A stretch of 58,577 nucleotides of DNA from Aggregatilineales bacterium (GCA_029975765.1 JARKOK010000176.1:1-58577), one strand, 5' to 3'. Positions 8,599 through 19,312 are shown, counted from the first letter of the stretch. The notes: a model not told the origin generated them from the sequence alone. Translations and numbers: made by a program.

Positions 8599-9804
8599 AT
8601 GACTGAAATTCCGACAACCCGGCAGGTGATGGAGCAGGAACAGGAATACGTGGCGCAGACCTACAAACGCGCGCCGTTTGTCCTGATGCATGGCGAAGGG
8701 GTTCATCTGATTGATGCCGATGGCAAGCCGTATCTGGACTGGGTGGCTGGTATTGCCGTGAACGCTCTGGGTTATGGCGACCCGGAATTGACTCATGCTA
8801 TTCAGCGCGCGGCGAACAACGGCCTGATTCATACCAGCAATCTGTATTACACCGCGCCGCAGGTCGAACTGGCGAAAATGCTGGTGGAAAAGACGCCGTT
8901 TGCCGACCGCGTGTTTTTTACGAACAGCGGCACCGAGGCTAACGAAGGCGCGATCAAATTTGCGCGTAAAGTCGCTTATGAAAAAGGGTTGAGCGAAAAG
9001 GTTGAAGTCGTGTGTTTTACCGGCGCGTTTCATGGCCGCACGATGGGATCGCTGGCGCTGACACCGCGTGAGAAATACCAGAAGCCGTTCCAGCCCTTGA
9101 TGCCCGGCGTGGTGCTGGCGGAATACAACCATCTGGAGAGCGCGAAAGTGGCGATCAGCGCGAATACGGCGGCGGTGATTCTGGAACCGGTGCAGGGCGA
9201 AGGTGGTATTTATCCGGCAGATGATGACTTTTTGCGCGGCCTGCGCGAATTGTGTGACCAGCACGACGCGCTGCTGATTTATGATGAGGTGCAGTGTGGC
9301 ATGGGGCGCACCGGCACGCTGTGGGCCTATGAAGCCAGCGGCGTCGCGCCGGATATTCTGACGGCGGCCAAGCCGCTCGCGGGTGGCCTGCCAATTGGCG
9401 CGATTCTGATGACCGAAGCGGTCGCCAGCGCCATGCACCCCGGCGAGCACGGCACGACGTTTGCCGGCGGCCTGCTGGTGACCGGCGCGGCGCAGGTGGT
9501 GCTGAACCGTGTCAGCCAGCCGGAGTTCCTGGCGCATGTTCGGGAGGTTGGTACGTACCTGCTGGAGCGTCTGTCGGAGATTAACAGTCCGCTGATCAAG
9601 GAGGTGCGCGGTCGCGGCCTGATGGTCGGTCTGGAACTGACGATAGATGTCTCCAAAGTGGTTGAAGCCGGGTACGAACACGGGCTGATTCTGGTCAATG
9701 CCGGGACTAATGTGCTGCGTTTTGTGCCGCCGCTGATCGTTGAAAAACAGCATGTGGATACACTGGTAGAAAAACTGACGGCGATCCTGGCAGGGCTGGC
9801 GTAA
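8599..9804 (+). CDS. argD: acetylornithine aminotransferase
   Basis: NSGTEANE, FHGRT, EPVQGEGG, DEVQCGMGRTG, AKPLAGGLPIGA; arg context. Confidence 0.93.
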   Translation: MTEIPTTRQVMEQEQEYVAQTYKRAPFVLMHGEGVHLIDADGKPYLDWVAGIAVNALGYGDPELTHAIQRAANNGLIHTSNLYYTAPQVELAKMLVEKTPFADRVFFTNSGTEANEGAIKFARKVAYEKGLSEKVEVVCFTGAFHGRTMGSLALTPREKYQKPFQPLMPGVVLAEYNHLESAKVAISANTAAVILEPVQGEGGIYPADDDFLRGLRELCDQHDALLIYDEVQCGMGRTGTLWAYEASGVAPDILTAAKPLAGGLPIGAILMTEAVASAMHPGEHGTTFAGGLLVTGAAQVVLNRVSQPEFLAHVREVGTYLLERLSEINSPLIKEVRGRGLMVGLELTIDVSKVVEAGYEHGLILVNAGTNVLRFVPPLIVEKQHVDTLVEKLTAILAGLA

Positions 9805-9858
9805 CGGTGTACTGGCTTGAGGACAAATGTCCCTTACCCATATCGAGGACGAGACAAT

Positions 9859-11079
9859 ATGGTTGACGTTTTACCGACAATTGCGGGTGTGCCGGGATTT
9901 AAAGTGGCCGGGGTGGCGTGTGGCTTGAAGAAAACCGGTGCGCTCGATTTTGCGCTGATCGTCAGCGATACGCCGTGTACGGCGGCAGGTGTGTTCACGA
10001 CCAATCAGGTGAAGGCCGCGCCGGTGCTGCTGGATATGGAACGCCTGAAGCAGAACTCTGACCGTATCCGCGCCGTCGCCATTAATGCCGGCTGCGCCAA
10101 CGCCTGCACCGGGCAGCAGGGTTTGGACAACGCTCATCAGACGGCGCGCTGGGTGGCGGAGCGCATCGGCTGCGCCGAGGATGAAGTGCTGGTGATGTCC
10201 ACCGGAGTGATCGGGATGCAGTTGGCGATGGACAGCATCCGGCGCGGGATTGATCTGGCGGTGGACGCGCTGGGCGAAAATAACTGGGAGACCGCCGCCC
10301 GCGCCATCATGACGACGGATACCCGTCCGAAGCTCGCCTCTGCCGAACTGCGCGCCGCCAGCGGCCAGTCATATCAGATGGCCGGTATTGCCAAAGGCGC
10401 GGGCATGATCGCGCCCAATATGGCGACGATGCTGGCGCTGATGGTCGCCAACGCGCGTTTGGCCGCGCCGCTGCCATCCCTGCTGCATGTCGCTGCCGAG
10501 CAGTCCTTTAATCGCATCGTGGTGGACGGCGACATGAGCACCAACGATACGCTGCTGTTCCTGACGAACAACCAATCGGGCGCGGTGGAAACGCCGGCTG
10601 GACAGTACCCGGACGCGGCGCGCGCGGTCAGCCGCCGGCTGGCGCAGGATATCGTGCGCGATGGCGAAGGCGTGACCAAATTCATCACGGTTCAGATTAC
10701 CGGCGCGCCGGGCAGCGAAGCCGCGCGCCAGATTGCGAACACGATTGCCACGTCGCCGCTGGTCAAAACCGCGTTTTTTGGCAACGACGCCAACTGGGGG
10801 CGGATCGTCGCGGCGGCAGGGCGGGCCGGTATTCCGCTTGACCCGGAGCGCATGAAATTGTGGATGGCCGCTGGCGAAACGGATGCGGCGGCTCATGGTC
10901 TGCTGCTGTTTGAACACGGAATGCCGGCCAGCTACAGCGAAGCCGAGGCCAGCGCGATTATCCGGGAGCCGTCGGTTTCCATTCGGCTGGATTGCGGCCT
11001 GGGCGAAGGCGCGGCGGTCGTCTGGACATGCGACCTGAGCCACGAGTACGTTTCGATTAACGCGGATTATCGGTCGTGA
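9859..11079 (+). CDS. argJ: ornithine acetyltransferase / N-acetylglutamate synthase
   Basis: NAGCANACTG, IMTTDT, KGAGMIAPNMATML (autoproteolysis site), RDGEG, DANWGR, YVSINADYRS. Confidence 0.96.
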   Translation: MVDVLPTIAGVPGFKVAGVACGLKKTGALDFALIVSDTPCTAAGVFTTNQVKAAPVLLDMERLKQNSDRIRAVAINAGCANACTGQQGLDNAHQTARWVAERIGCAEDEVLVMSTGVIGMQLAMDSIRRGIDLAVDALGENNWETAARAIMTTDTRPKLASAELRAASGQSYQMAGIAKGAGMIAPNMATMLALMVANARLAAPLPSLLHVAAEQSFNRIVVDGDMSTNDTLLFLTNNQSGAVETPAGQYPDAARAVSRRLAQDIVRDGEGVTKFITVQITGAPGSEAARQIANTIATSPLVKTAFFGNDANWGRIVAAAGRAGIPLDPERMKLWMAAGETDAAAHGLLLFEHGMPASYSEAEASAIIREPSVSIRLDCGLGEGAAVVWTCDLSHEYVSINADYRS

Positions 11080-11083
11080 ATTT

Positions 11084-11113
11084 GTAGGGGCGGGTTTATA
11101 AACCCACCCCTAC
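11084..11113. repeat. REP-like palindrome
   Basis: GTAGGGGCGGGTTTATAAACCCACCCCTAC. Confidence 0.7.
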
Positions 11114-11132
11114 CCGTATAAAGAGGTAACTT

Positions 11133-12263
11133 ATGCAAGGCTGTCTGGCGCTGGAAGATGGGCAGGTGTTTACCGGGGTGGGCTTTGGCGTGGAAGGTGT
11201 CCAGACCGGCGAACTGGTGTTTAATACCTCCATGACGGGCTACCAGGAAATCCTCACCGACCCGTCCTATCACCAGCAGATCGTGACGATGACGGTGCCG
11301 CACGTTGGCAATACCGGCATTAATCCCGATGATGTGGAATCCGACCGGGTGTGGGTGTCCGGTTTTGTTGTGCGGGCGCTCAGCCCGGTGGTGAGCAACT
11401 GGCGGACGCAGGGCACGCTGGATGACTATCTTAAGGCGCAGGGCATCATCGGCTTGAGTGAGGTGGCAACACGGGCGCTGGTGCGGCATATCCGCGACCG
11501 GGGCGTGATGCGCGCGGCCATCGCCCATGGTGAAGCGGCGGCTGAGCCAGCGGCGCTGGTCGAACTGGCGCGCCAGTCGCCGGATATGTCCGGCTGGAAT
11601 CTGGTGGATGATGTGACCTGCGCTGAACCCTATAACTGGACGGAGCACAGCGATCCTCAGTGGTATCGTAATCCCCTGGATGATGTCGCCGGGCCGCTGA
11701 TCGTCGCTTATGATTTTGGCATCAAACGGAATATCCTGCGGATGCTGACTGACCGGGGGCTGCGGGTAAGGGTCGTCCCCGCGCAAACCCCGGCTGCCGA
11801 AGTGCTGGCGCTGAACCCGGCAGGCGTGTTTCTGAGCAACGGCCCCGGCGATCCGGCGGCGGTTGGTTACGCCATCGAGAATACACGCGCGCTGCTGGGA
11901 GCAGTGCCGGTATTTGGCATCTGCCTGGGGCATCAAATCCTGGGGCTGGCGCTGGGTGGCCGTACCGAAAAAATGCGGTTCGGGCATCGCGGTGGCAATC
12001 AGCCGGTCAAAAATCTGCTGACCGGTGTGGTGGAGATCAGCAGCCATAATCACGGCTTCGCGGTGACGCCGGACAGCGACCTGCGCGGCGCGGAAATCAC
12101 CCACATCAATCTGAATGACAACACGGTGGAAGGTCTGCGCCATGTCGAACTCGGCGCGTTCAGTGTGCAGTATCACCCTGAAGCGTCGCCCGGCCCGCAC
12201 GACTCGCTGTATCTGTTCGATGAATTTGTGAATCGAGTGAAGCGCCAGGGTTCACCGGTATAA
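11133..12263 (+). CDS. carA: carbamoyl-phosphate synthase small subunit
   Basis: [48 protein letters not shown]. Confidence 0.97.
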   Translation: MQGCLALEDGQVFTGVGFGVEGVQTGELVFNTSMTGYQEILTDPSYHQQIVTMTVPHVGNTGINPDDVESDRVWVSGFVVRALSPVVSNWRTQGTLDDYLKAQGIIGLSEVATRALVRHIRDRGVMRAAIAHGEAAAEPAALVELARQSPDMSGWNLVDDVTCAEPYNWTEHSDPQWYRNPLDDVAGPLIVAYDFGIKRNILRMLTDRGLRVRVVPAQTPAAEVLALNPAGVFLSNGPGDPAAVGYAIENTRALLGAVPVFGICLGHQILGLALGGRTEKMRFGHRGGNQPVKNLLTGVVEISSHNHGFAVTPDSDLRGAEITHINLNDNTVEGLRHVELGAFSVQYHPEASPGPHDSLYLFDEFVNRVKRQGSPV

Positions 12264-12291
12264 TCATAAGTAGGGCGACCGGATTGAGGAT

Positions 12292-12890
12292 ATGCAGATG
12301 GCTGTCGCACAAGAAGTGAAAACTATAGTGCAGCTACTAATGAAACGCCCCATCACGGAAACCATTGCGACACAGGTCGAGGCTATAGCTGGCTTTGAAC
12401 ATCTGGCGATTGCTGACGGCGAGTGGGTGGGCTTCGACGAGGATGAGTACATAGGCGGTGAGGAACATGGCTGGATAGAATCGCTTATTATTCACGCTCT
12501 TACGGGTTGGGTATTGCAGAATCGTACGGGACGTATTTATACCGGTGATACGAACTTTGTCCTGGACGGAACGCCCGACGACATTCGTTTAAATCGTTGG
12601 CCAGATGTTGTTTTTGTGCGGGATGAAAACGTCAGACCATCGAAAGGCTACATCTATACTTCCCCCGATTTAGCTGTAGAAATCGTCTCTCCCAGTGAGA
12701 GACCGGGCGACATCCGCAAAAAACTGCGCGAATACCTCGATCATGGTGTTCAGCAGGTCTGGCAGGTATATCCTGACAGTGAAGAAATCTGGTTCATTAC
12801 CCGGATGGTACCGCTAAGACCTATCGCTCCGGTGATCTATTGCCCGGTTTTTTGTTAGCGGTGGTGTCCGTATTTAACAGCGAGCGGTAA
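12292..12890 (+). pseudogene. Uma2-family PD-(D/E)XK nuclease, frameshifted near 12790
   Basis: PDVVFV..PDLAVEIVSPS..Y..GV..VW motifs; the family-type C-terminus VHYPDGTAKTYRSGDLLPGFLLAVVSVF* is in another frame ending at 12890. Confidence 0.7.
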
Positions 12891-12940
12891 AGCGCCGCAA
12901 CCTGCTCTTCACCGTATTCATCTGAAACCAAGAGGTGGCT

Positions 12941-15900
12941 GTGCCTAAACGAACCGACATTCACACGATTATGGTGATTGGCTCCGGCCCGATTGTCATC
13001 GGCCAGGGCTGCGAGTTTGACTATTCCGGCGTGCAGGCGTGTAAGGCCCTGCGCCGCGAAGGCTACCGCATTGTGCTGGTGAACTCCAACCCGGCGACCA
13101 TTATGACCGACCCGGAATTTGCCGATGCCACCTACGTCGAACCGCTTACGCCGGAGATGTGCGAACGGATCATCGAAGCGGAACAGCCGGACGCAATTCT
13201 GCCGACCGTTGGCGGGCAGACGGCGCTCAATCTGGCGCTGGCGCTGCACCAGCGCGGCACGCTGGACAAGTACGGCATTGAACTGATCGGGGCGAATCGG
13301 GTCAGCATCGAACTGGCAGAAGACCGGCAGTTGTTTAAGGATGCGATGGCGGAGATTGGTTTGAAGTCGCCCCAGAGCGAAGTCGTCAATACGGTTGAGG
13401 ATGCGGTGCGCGCGGCACAGTCCCTTAACTATCCGGTGCTGGTGCGCCCCTCGTTTACGCTGGGTGGTTCGGGCGGCGGCGTGGCCTATGACGAAACCGA
13501 ACTGCGCGCGATTGCCGAACGCGGCCTGATGCTCAGTCCTATCGGCGAGATTCTGGTTGACCGGAGTCTGCTGGGTTGGAAGGAATATGAACTGGAAGTG
13601 ATGCGCGATGCATTAGGTAACTTCGTTGTCGTCTGCACCATCGAAAACCTTGACCCGATGGGTGTACATACCGGCGACAGTATCACGGTTGCCCCGGCGC
13701 AAACGCTGACCGACAAAGAATTGCAGCGCCTGCGTGACGCGGCGAAGGCTGTGCTGGATCGTGTGGGGCTGGCGACCGGCGGCGCGAATGTTCAGTTTGC
13801 CATTAATCCCGCTGACGGTGAAGTGTATGTAATTGAGATGAATCCGCGCGTGTCGCGGTCGTCGGCGCTGGCAAGTAAAGCGACCGGCTTTCCGATTGCC
13901 AAAATCGCCGCGCTGCTGGCCGTCGGTTATACGCTGGCGGAGATTCCCAACGACATCACGCGGGTGACACCGGCCAGCTTTGAACCGTCGCTGGATTACG
14001 TCGTTGTCAAAATCCCGCGCTGGAACTTCGAGAAGTTCACCGGCGTGGATCGGGTCTTAGGCCCGCAGATGAAAGCCGTCGGCGAGGTGATGGCGATTGG
14101 CCGCACCTTCCCGGAGGCGCTGCAAAAAGGTATTCGCGCGCTGGATATCGGTGTGTCGGGTTTTGGCAGCAAACTGGACGATGCGCCGCCCGAAAGCCTG
14201 CGCGTGCCAACAGCGCAGCGGTTGTTCCAGGTGGCTTCGGCGCTGGTGAAGGGCATGGCGTTGCAGGAGGTAGCCGAGACAACCGGCTTTGATCCCTGGT
14301 TTGTGCGCCAGTTGGCCGACATTATTCAGCTTCAGGATGCGATTCTCACGCGTATTTCGCCGCTGCCCGAAGGTGAACGGCAGCGCGCGCGGGAACTCAC
14401 CGCCGATGACTTCCGCCGCCTGAAGCGGTATGGCTACAGCGACGCACATATCGCGCAGGTGATCGGCGCGAGCGAGGCCGATGTACGCACGCGCCGCGTG
14501 ATGCTGGGGGTTACGCCGTCCTACTACCGCGTGGATACCTGCGCGGCGGAATTTGAAGCACATACGCCCTACCTCTACTCCACCTATGAAGCGGGAGATG
14601 AAGTCGCGCCGACCGCCAAAGCCAAAGTGATGATTCTGGGCGGCGGGCCGAACCGCATCGGGCAGGGTATTGAGTTTGATTACTGCTGCGTTCACGCCTG
14701 TTTTGCCCTGCGCGAGATGGGCTATGAAACGATCATGGTCAACTGCAACCCGGAAACGGTCAGCACCGATTATGATACCGCCGACCGGCTGTACTTCGAG
14801 CCGCTGACGGCTGAAGATGTGCTGAACATCATCGCTGTCGAAAACCCCGACGGTGTGCTGGTGCAGTTTGGCGGGCAAACACCGCTGAATATCGCGCCGG
14901 CGCTGGGCGCCGCCGGCGCGCCTATCTGGGGTACGTCGGTGGAAACGATTGATCTGGCCGAAGACCGCGAACGATTTAACGCCCTGATGCACGATCTCGA
15001 CATCCCGCAGCCGGAAGGCGCGACCGCGCTTAATGCGGCTGAGGCGCTGCGCGCTGCCGACCGCATCGGCTATCCGGTGCTGGTGCGCCCCAGCTATGTG
15101 CTGGGCGGGCGCGGCATGAAGCTGTCCTTCGATGCGGAGGAACTGGCCGCGTGGCTGGAAACCCAAATCCAGTGGAACGGCCACCCGGTGCTGATTGATC
15201 AGTTTCTTGACGATGCCTTTGAAGTGGACGTAGACGCGCTGTGTGACGGCGAGCACGTCACCATTGGCGGCATTATGCAGCATATTGAAGAAGCGGGTAT
15301 CCACAGCGGCGACTCCGCCTGCGTGCTGCCGCCGTATAAAATCAGCATGTACCATGTCGAAATCATCCGCGAGTATACCCAGCGCATCGGCAAGGCATTG
15401 GGCGTGAAAGGGCTGTTTAATATCCAGTTCGCCATCAAGGATGAAGTGGTCTATGTGCTGGAAGTGAATCCCCGTGCCAGCCGTACCGTGCCGTTTGTCA
15501 GCAAGGCGACTGGTATCCCGTTAGCCCGCTACGCCGCGCTCATCGCGGCGGGTCAAACCCTGGCTGATCTGAACTTCCTGGAAGAACCCCATGTGGACGG
15601 CTTTTTTGTCAAGGAAGCGGTGCTGCCGTTCCAGAAGTTCCCCGGCGTGGATGCACGCCTGGGGCCGGAGATGCGCTCGACGGGTGAGGTGATGGGCCAT
15701 GCCTCCAGTTTCGGCCATGCCTTTGCAAAGGCGGAGATGGCCGCCAGCACGACACTGCCGCTGGACGGCGCGGTGTTCATCAGCGTGAATGACTTTGACA
15801 AAGGCGCGGTTGTGAAAATCGCGCGTGACCTGCATAAGCTGGGTTTCGCGCTGCTGGCGACGGCGGGTACGGCTTACTGGCTGCAAACGGTCGGCCTGCC

Positions 15901-16165
15901 GGCAGCGCCGGTGAACAAAGTGAGCGACGGCTCGCCGCATGTGATAGACCGGATACGCGCCGGCGAGATTGGCCTCATCATCAATACTCCACGCGGCGGG
16001 CAGGCGCACGCCGACGGCGCGCTGATTCGCGGCGCGGCGCACCAGTACGGCGTGCCGATCATCACCACCATGAGCGCGGCGATGGCTGCCGTGCAGGGCA
16101 TCAAGGCGCTGAAGCAGAAGCCGCTCAAGGTGCGCAGTTTGCAGGTGCATCATGGACAGGGGTAA
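12941..16165 (+). CDS. carB: carbamoyl-phosphate synthase large subunit
   Basis: [23 protein letters not shown], duplicated ATP-grasp halves, MGS domain; GTG start at 12941 (12935 also possible). Confidence 0.97.
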   Translation: MPKRTDIHTIMVIGSGPIVIGQGCEFDYSGVQACKALRREGYRIVLVNSNPATIMTDPEFADATYVEPLTPEMCERIIEAEQPDAILPTVGGQTALNLALALHQRGTLDKYGIELIGANRVSIELAEDRQLFKDAMAEIGLKSPQSEVVNTVEDAVRAAQSLNYPVLVRPSFTLGGSGGGVAYDETELRAIAERGLMLSPIGEILVDRSLLGWKEYELEVMRDALGNFVVVCTIENLDPMGVHTGDSITVAPAQTLTDKELQRLRDAAKAVLDRVGLATGGANVQFAINPADGEVYVIEMNPRVSRSSALASKATGFPIAKIAALLAVGYTLAEIPNDITRVTPASFEPSLDYVVVKIPRWNFEKFTGVDRVLGPQMKAVGEVMAIGRTFPEALQKGIRALDIGVSGFGSKLDDAPPESLRVPTAQRLFQVASALVKGMALQEVAETTGFDPWFVRQLADIIQLQDAILTRISPLPEGERQRARELTADDFRRLKRYGYSDAHIAQVIGASEADVRTRRVMLGVTPSYYRVDTCAAEFEAHTPYLYSTYEAGDEVAPTAKAKVMILGGGPNRIGQGIEFDYCCVHACFALREMGYETIMVNCNPETVSTDYDTADRLYFEPLTAEDVLNIIAVENPDGVLVQFGGQTPLNIAPALGAAGAPIWGTSVETIDLAEDRERFNALMHDLDIPQPEGATALNAAEALRAADRIGYPVLVRPSYVLGGRGMKLSFDAEELAAWLETQIQWNGHPVLIDQFLDDAFEVDVDALCDGEHVTIGGIMQHIEEAGIHSGDSACVLPPYKISMYHVEIIREYTQRIGKALGVKGLFNIQFAIKDEVVYVLEVNPRASRTVPFVSKATGIPLARYAALIAAGQTLADLNFLEEPHVDGFFVKEAVLPFQKFPGVDARLGPEMRSTGEVMGHASSFGHAFAKAEMAASTTLPLDGAVFISVNDFDKGAVVKIARDLHKLGFALLATAGTAYWLQTVGLPAAPVNKVSDGSPHVIDRIRAGEIGLIINTPRGGQAHADGALIRGAAHQYGVPIITTMSAAMAAVQGIKALKQKPLKVRSLQVHHGQG

Positions 16166-16437
16166 GATGTGATATGGCAGAAGTAAAAATCTGGTACGAC
16201 CAGGAAGGGGATTTCCTGGAGATTACCTTTGAAGATGTAGCCGCTTCGCTGGAAGAAATCAACGACGATGTGTTTGAGCGCCGTACCCCGGATGGCCGTG
16301 TGGTTGGCTTGGCCGTGATGAATTTTAGTAAGCATGACCGGGATGCTTTGAAGCTACCTCTATTGGTAACAGCGACTCCAATGAACTAGCTGAAGCAAGG
16401 GGCAGCGATCAAGGTGCGCAGTTTGCAGGTGCATCAT
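16125..16437 (+). repeat. 29-bp direct repeat of the carB 3' end (16125-16153 and 16409-16437)
   Basis: TCAAGGTGCGCAGTTTGCAGGTGCATCAT is identical at both positions, each preceded by GCTGAAGCA. Confidence 0.9.
16174..16389 (+). CDS. DUF2283-like small protein
   Basis: IWYDQEGDFLEITF..DGRVVGLAVMNFSK pattern. Confidence 0.75.
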   Translation: MAEVKIWYDQEGDFLEITFEDVAASLEEINDDVFERRTPDGRVVGLAVMNFSKHDRDALKLPLLVTATPMN

Positions 16438-16449
16438 AGGAAATTAAGG

Positions 16450-16480
16450 AAAGTAGTGGGACCCTTGCCCCACTACTTTT
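16450..16480. terminator. hairpin terminator between convergent genes
   Basis: AAAGTAGTGGG / CCCACTACTTT 11-bp stem. Confidence 0.7.
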
Positions 16481-16494
16481 ATCAGCATTTTCGA

Positions 16495-16731
16495 TTATTT
16501 TTTGTCTTTAGGCGGATTTGGGTCGTTTCCATGACTATCCTTTTTCTGTATTGTCCCATCCTGTTTTTTGATTACTAACTCTGTTCCTTGATTTATAGAA
16601 ATTTGCCGACCTACCTGAATAGCTTCTTCCTTCGTTGGTAACACTCTTGAAGCGCGATCAGCACCGCTACGTTTTACTTCCCATCCACCGCCTTCATGTG
16701 GTTGAACGTTGTGCTGGTTGTTTTTTGGCAT
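16495..16731 (-). CDS. DUF2188-like protein
   Basis: GGWEVKRSGADRAS..TKEEAI..GR..ELVIKKQDGTIQKKDSHGNDPNPPKD; low GC. Confidence 0.85.
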   Translation of the reverse strand: MPKNNQHNVQPHEGGGWEVKRSGADRASRVLPTKEEAIQVGRQISINQGTELVIKKQDGTIQKKDSHGNDPNPPKDKK

Positions 16732-16753
16732 TATACTTGCCCCCATATCCTAT

Positions 16754-16767
16754 CGAACGAAAGTTCT
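16754..16767. promoter_or_regulatory. putative LexA (GAAC-N4-GTTC) box
   Basis: CGAACGAAAGTTCT in the divergent intergenic region. Confidence 0.5.
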
Positions 16768-16847
16768 TTTCGTCAATATACAGTATCATAAAGATAAGAG
16801 TCCTGTCATGAAAGGAAGTTAACGAGAAGATAATAAGAAAGGTTGCC

Positions 16848-17138
16848 ATGAATCTCAACGACCTTCGCAAGAAACGAAACGAAATCCTGGCGCTGGCGGA
16901 AAAACACGGCGCGGGCAATGTGCGCGTGTTTGGCTCGGTGGCGCGCGGCGAGGCCGGGCCAGACAGCGATGTGGATTTTCTGATAGATATTGAGGATATT
17001 TCACGATTTACCTGGGGTGGGGGTGGCCTGCTGGTTGAACTGGAAGACCTGCTAAAACATGATGTGGATTTGGTCACGGAACAGGATTTACATTGGCTGA
17101 TTCGGGATCAGGTGATTCAAGAAGCAGTTGAGTTATGA
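16848..17138 (+). CDS. MNT minimal nucleotidyltransferase (MntA-like antitoxin)
   Basis: FGSVARGEAGPDSDVDFL (GSx10DxD), VDLV. Confidence 0.9.
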   Translation: MNLNDLRKKRNEILALAEKHGAGNVRVFGSVARGEAGPDSDVDFLIDIEDISRFTWGGGGLLVELEDLLKHDVDLVTEQDLHWLIRDQVIQEAVEL

Positions 17139-17500
17139 ATCCTGACCGTCTGTACTTGACGCACATCTCCGAATCAATAGCCGACATTGAAGGTTTTGTT
17201 GTCGAAGGCAAAGAGGAATTTTTCGCATCTCGCAAAACCCAGGCAGCGGTTTTATACACATTACAAACGCTGGCGGAGTCAACTCAGCGACTTTCAGAAG
17301 GGTTGAAAGCCGGTTATTCTGAAGTGGATTGGGTATCTATTCGGGGATTTCGAAACCGTTTAGTACACGATTACCTGAATACCAATCTCAATGTCGTATG
17401 GAATGTAATCGAAAATTATATTCCTCCGCTGAAGGCGGCTGTGCAAGCTATGCTCGCTGCACTTGAAGATGATGATAGGTCTTCTACTCACAAGGAATAA
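17135..17500 (+). CDS. HEPN/DUF86 RNase (HepT-like toxin)
   Basis: RNRLVHDY (Rx4HxY); ATGA overlap with MNT. Confidence 0.9.
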   Translation: MNPDRLYLTHISESIADIEGFVVEGKEEFFASRKTQAAVLYTLQTLAESTQRLSEGLKAGYSEVDWVSIRGFRNRLVHDYLNTNLNVVWNVIENYIPPLKAAVQAMLAALEDDDRSSTHKE

Positions 17501-17506
17501 GTATTT

Positions 17507-18421
17507 ATGACCCTCCACCATTTCACTCCAACCCGCTACTACAACACACACGGCTCACATGAACCGGCGCTGCGCATCCAGCCCGGCGATACCGTTATCA
17601 CGACGACGGTTGACGCGATGGGGCAGGACGAACGCGGCGAGAGCATTGCCGAGCGACCGAATCCGCAGACTGGCCCGTTTTACGTCGAAGGCGCGGAACC
17701 GGGCGATACGCTGGTCGTGCATCTGGACAGCCTTACCCCTAACCGCCTTTCCGGCTGGTCAAGCCAGATTCTTGCGCCAAGCGTGCTCGAACCCTGGTAC
17801 TTGCCGCGTCTGCCCTGGGAAGTTGACCGCCAGGATGCTGCGTGGCACGTGGATGTGGCCGCCGGGACGGCCAGCCTTGTCGAGCCGCTTGGCAGACTGG
17901 GGAATTTCACCCTGCCGATCAAGCCAATGCTAGGCTGTTTCGGCGTTGCGCCGTATGGCAATCAGGCCATTTCCACCATGACCTCCGGCCAGCACGGCGG
18001 CAATATGGACTATCGCGGGTTTGTGGCCGGTGTGACGGCCTATTTCCCGGTGTTTGTGCCGGGGGCGCTGTTTTCGCTGGGGGACGGCCACGCTTTGCAG
18101 GGTGACGGTGAAATGAGCGGCAGCGGGATTGAGATTTCGTTTGAAGCGCAGTTCACGGTGGATTTACGAAAAGGCAAACGCAGTTCGTGGCCGCGCGGCG
18201 AAAATGATGATTACATTTTCACCTGCGGCAATGCCCGCCCGCTTGACCAGGCGGTGCAGCACGCCAGCACCGAGATGATGGTGTGGCTGAACGAGGATTA
18301 CGGCCTGAATGCCCGTGAGGCGGCCATGGTGTTCGGTTACTGCGTCGAGTATGATCTGGGCAATATGTTCGACCCCGCCTATACGATGGTCTGCAAAATC
18401 CCGAAGCGGTATTTACCGTAA
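17507..18421 (+). CDS. acetamidase/formamidase family protein
   Basis: TGPFYVEGAEPGDTL, HGGNMD, GDGHALQGDGE. Confidence 0.9.
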   Translation: MTLHHFTPTRYYNTHGSHEPALRIQPGDTVITTTVDAMGQDERGESIAERPNPQTGPFYVEGAEPGDTLVVHLDSLTPNRLSGWSSQILAPSVLEPWYLPRLPWEVDRQDAAWHVDVAAGTASLVEPLGRLGNFTLPIKPMLGCFGVAPYGNQAISTMTSGQHGGNMDYRGFVAGVTAYFPVFVPGALFSLGDGHALQGDGEMSGSGIEISFEAQFTVDLRKGKRSSWPRGENDDYIFTCGNARPLDQAVQHASTEMMVWLNEDYGLNAREAAMVFGYCVEYDLGNMFDPAYTMVCKIPKRYLP

Positions 18422-18437
18422 GAGGTGCAGAAAAATT

Positions 18438-18465
18438 GTCGGGGCGGTTCGCGACCCGCCCCGAC
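18438..18465. repeat. REP-like palindrome
   Basis: GTCGGGGCGGTTCGCGACCCGCCCCGAC between convergent genes. Confidence 0.65.
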
Positions 18466-18484
18466 GGATTTTAAGGATTGCTGC

Positions 18485-19312
18485 TTACTCCTCCCTTAGA
18501 ACGCGGCACGGGTTGCTTAACTCACCAATACCCTCTATCGTCACGCTGACCACATCCCCGTCCTTCAGGTATACCGGCGGTTTGCGGCCTTCGCCCACGC
18601 CGGGCGGCGTGCCGGTCAGAATGAGGTCGCCGGGTTCGAGAGTGAACATCTGCGAACAGTAAGCGATCAGGGTCGGAATCCTGAAGATCATGCTGCCGGT
18701 ATGCCCGTCCTGCATCACTTCGCCGTTGACGGTGGTTTTAAGGTGTAAATCGTGCGGGTCTGCGATTTCGTCGCGGGTGACAATCCAGGGGCCGAGCGGG
18801 CAGAAGGTATCCAGGCTTTTGCCGCGTGTCCACTGCGTGTCGGTGCGCAGTTGTAAATCGCGGGCGCTGACGTCATTGGCGATTGTGTAGCCGAACACAT
18901 AATTGTAGGCGTCCTCTTCCGCGATGTTCCGCCCTCGTTTGCCGATGACAACGGCCAGTTCACCCTCCCAGTCTACCTGCGTCGTGATCGCCTCGCGCCA
19001 GGTGATCGCCTCGCCCTGACCGATAATGCTGGAGGGAAACTTGGCGAAGATGAGCGGTGCTTGCGGTACGGCGTTTCCGGTTTCGGCGGCATGTTCGGCG
19101 TAATTGCGCCCGATAGCGATGATCTTGGGCGGGCGCAGCGGCGCTTCAATTTTGACTTGATCGAGCGCGTGGCTGTCAGCGGTGCGGCTGGGGGTAATCC
19201 CCCGGCGAATGAGATGCTGCATCGTGTCTGACCAGGCGGTGGCCTGAAGGCGGTCGCCGTTCACCTGGCCGATGCGGGCGCGTTCCTGGTAAGTGTATGT
19301 CGCAAGTTTCAT
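18485..19312 (-). CDS. fumarylacetoacetate hydrolase family protein
   Basis: IGRNYAEH, DWEGEL, NDVSARD, GKSLDTFCPLGP, TGTPPGVG. Confidence 0.93.
   Translation of the reverse strand: MKLATYTYQERARIGQVNGDRLQATAWSDTMQHLIRRGITPSRTADSHALDQVKIEAPLRPPKIIAIGRNYAEHAAETGNAVPQAPLIFAKFPSSIIGQGEAITWREAITTQVDWEGELAVVIGKRGRNIAEEDAYNYVFGYTIANDVSARDLQLRTDTQWTRGKSLDTFCPLGPWIVTRDEIADPHDLHLKTTVNGEVMQDGHTGSMIFRIPTLIAYCSQMFTLEPGDLILTGTPPGVGEGRKPPVYLKDGDVVSVTIEGIGELSNPCRVLREE

Noticed and set aside
16125-16437. CRISPR interpretation of the 29-bp repeat
   Set aside because: Only two copies, 255-nt spacer, first copy is carB coding sequence, no cas genes
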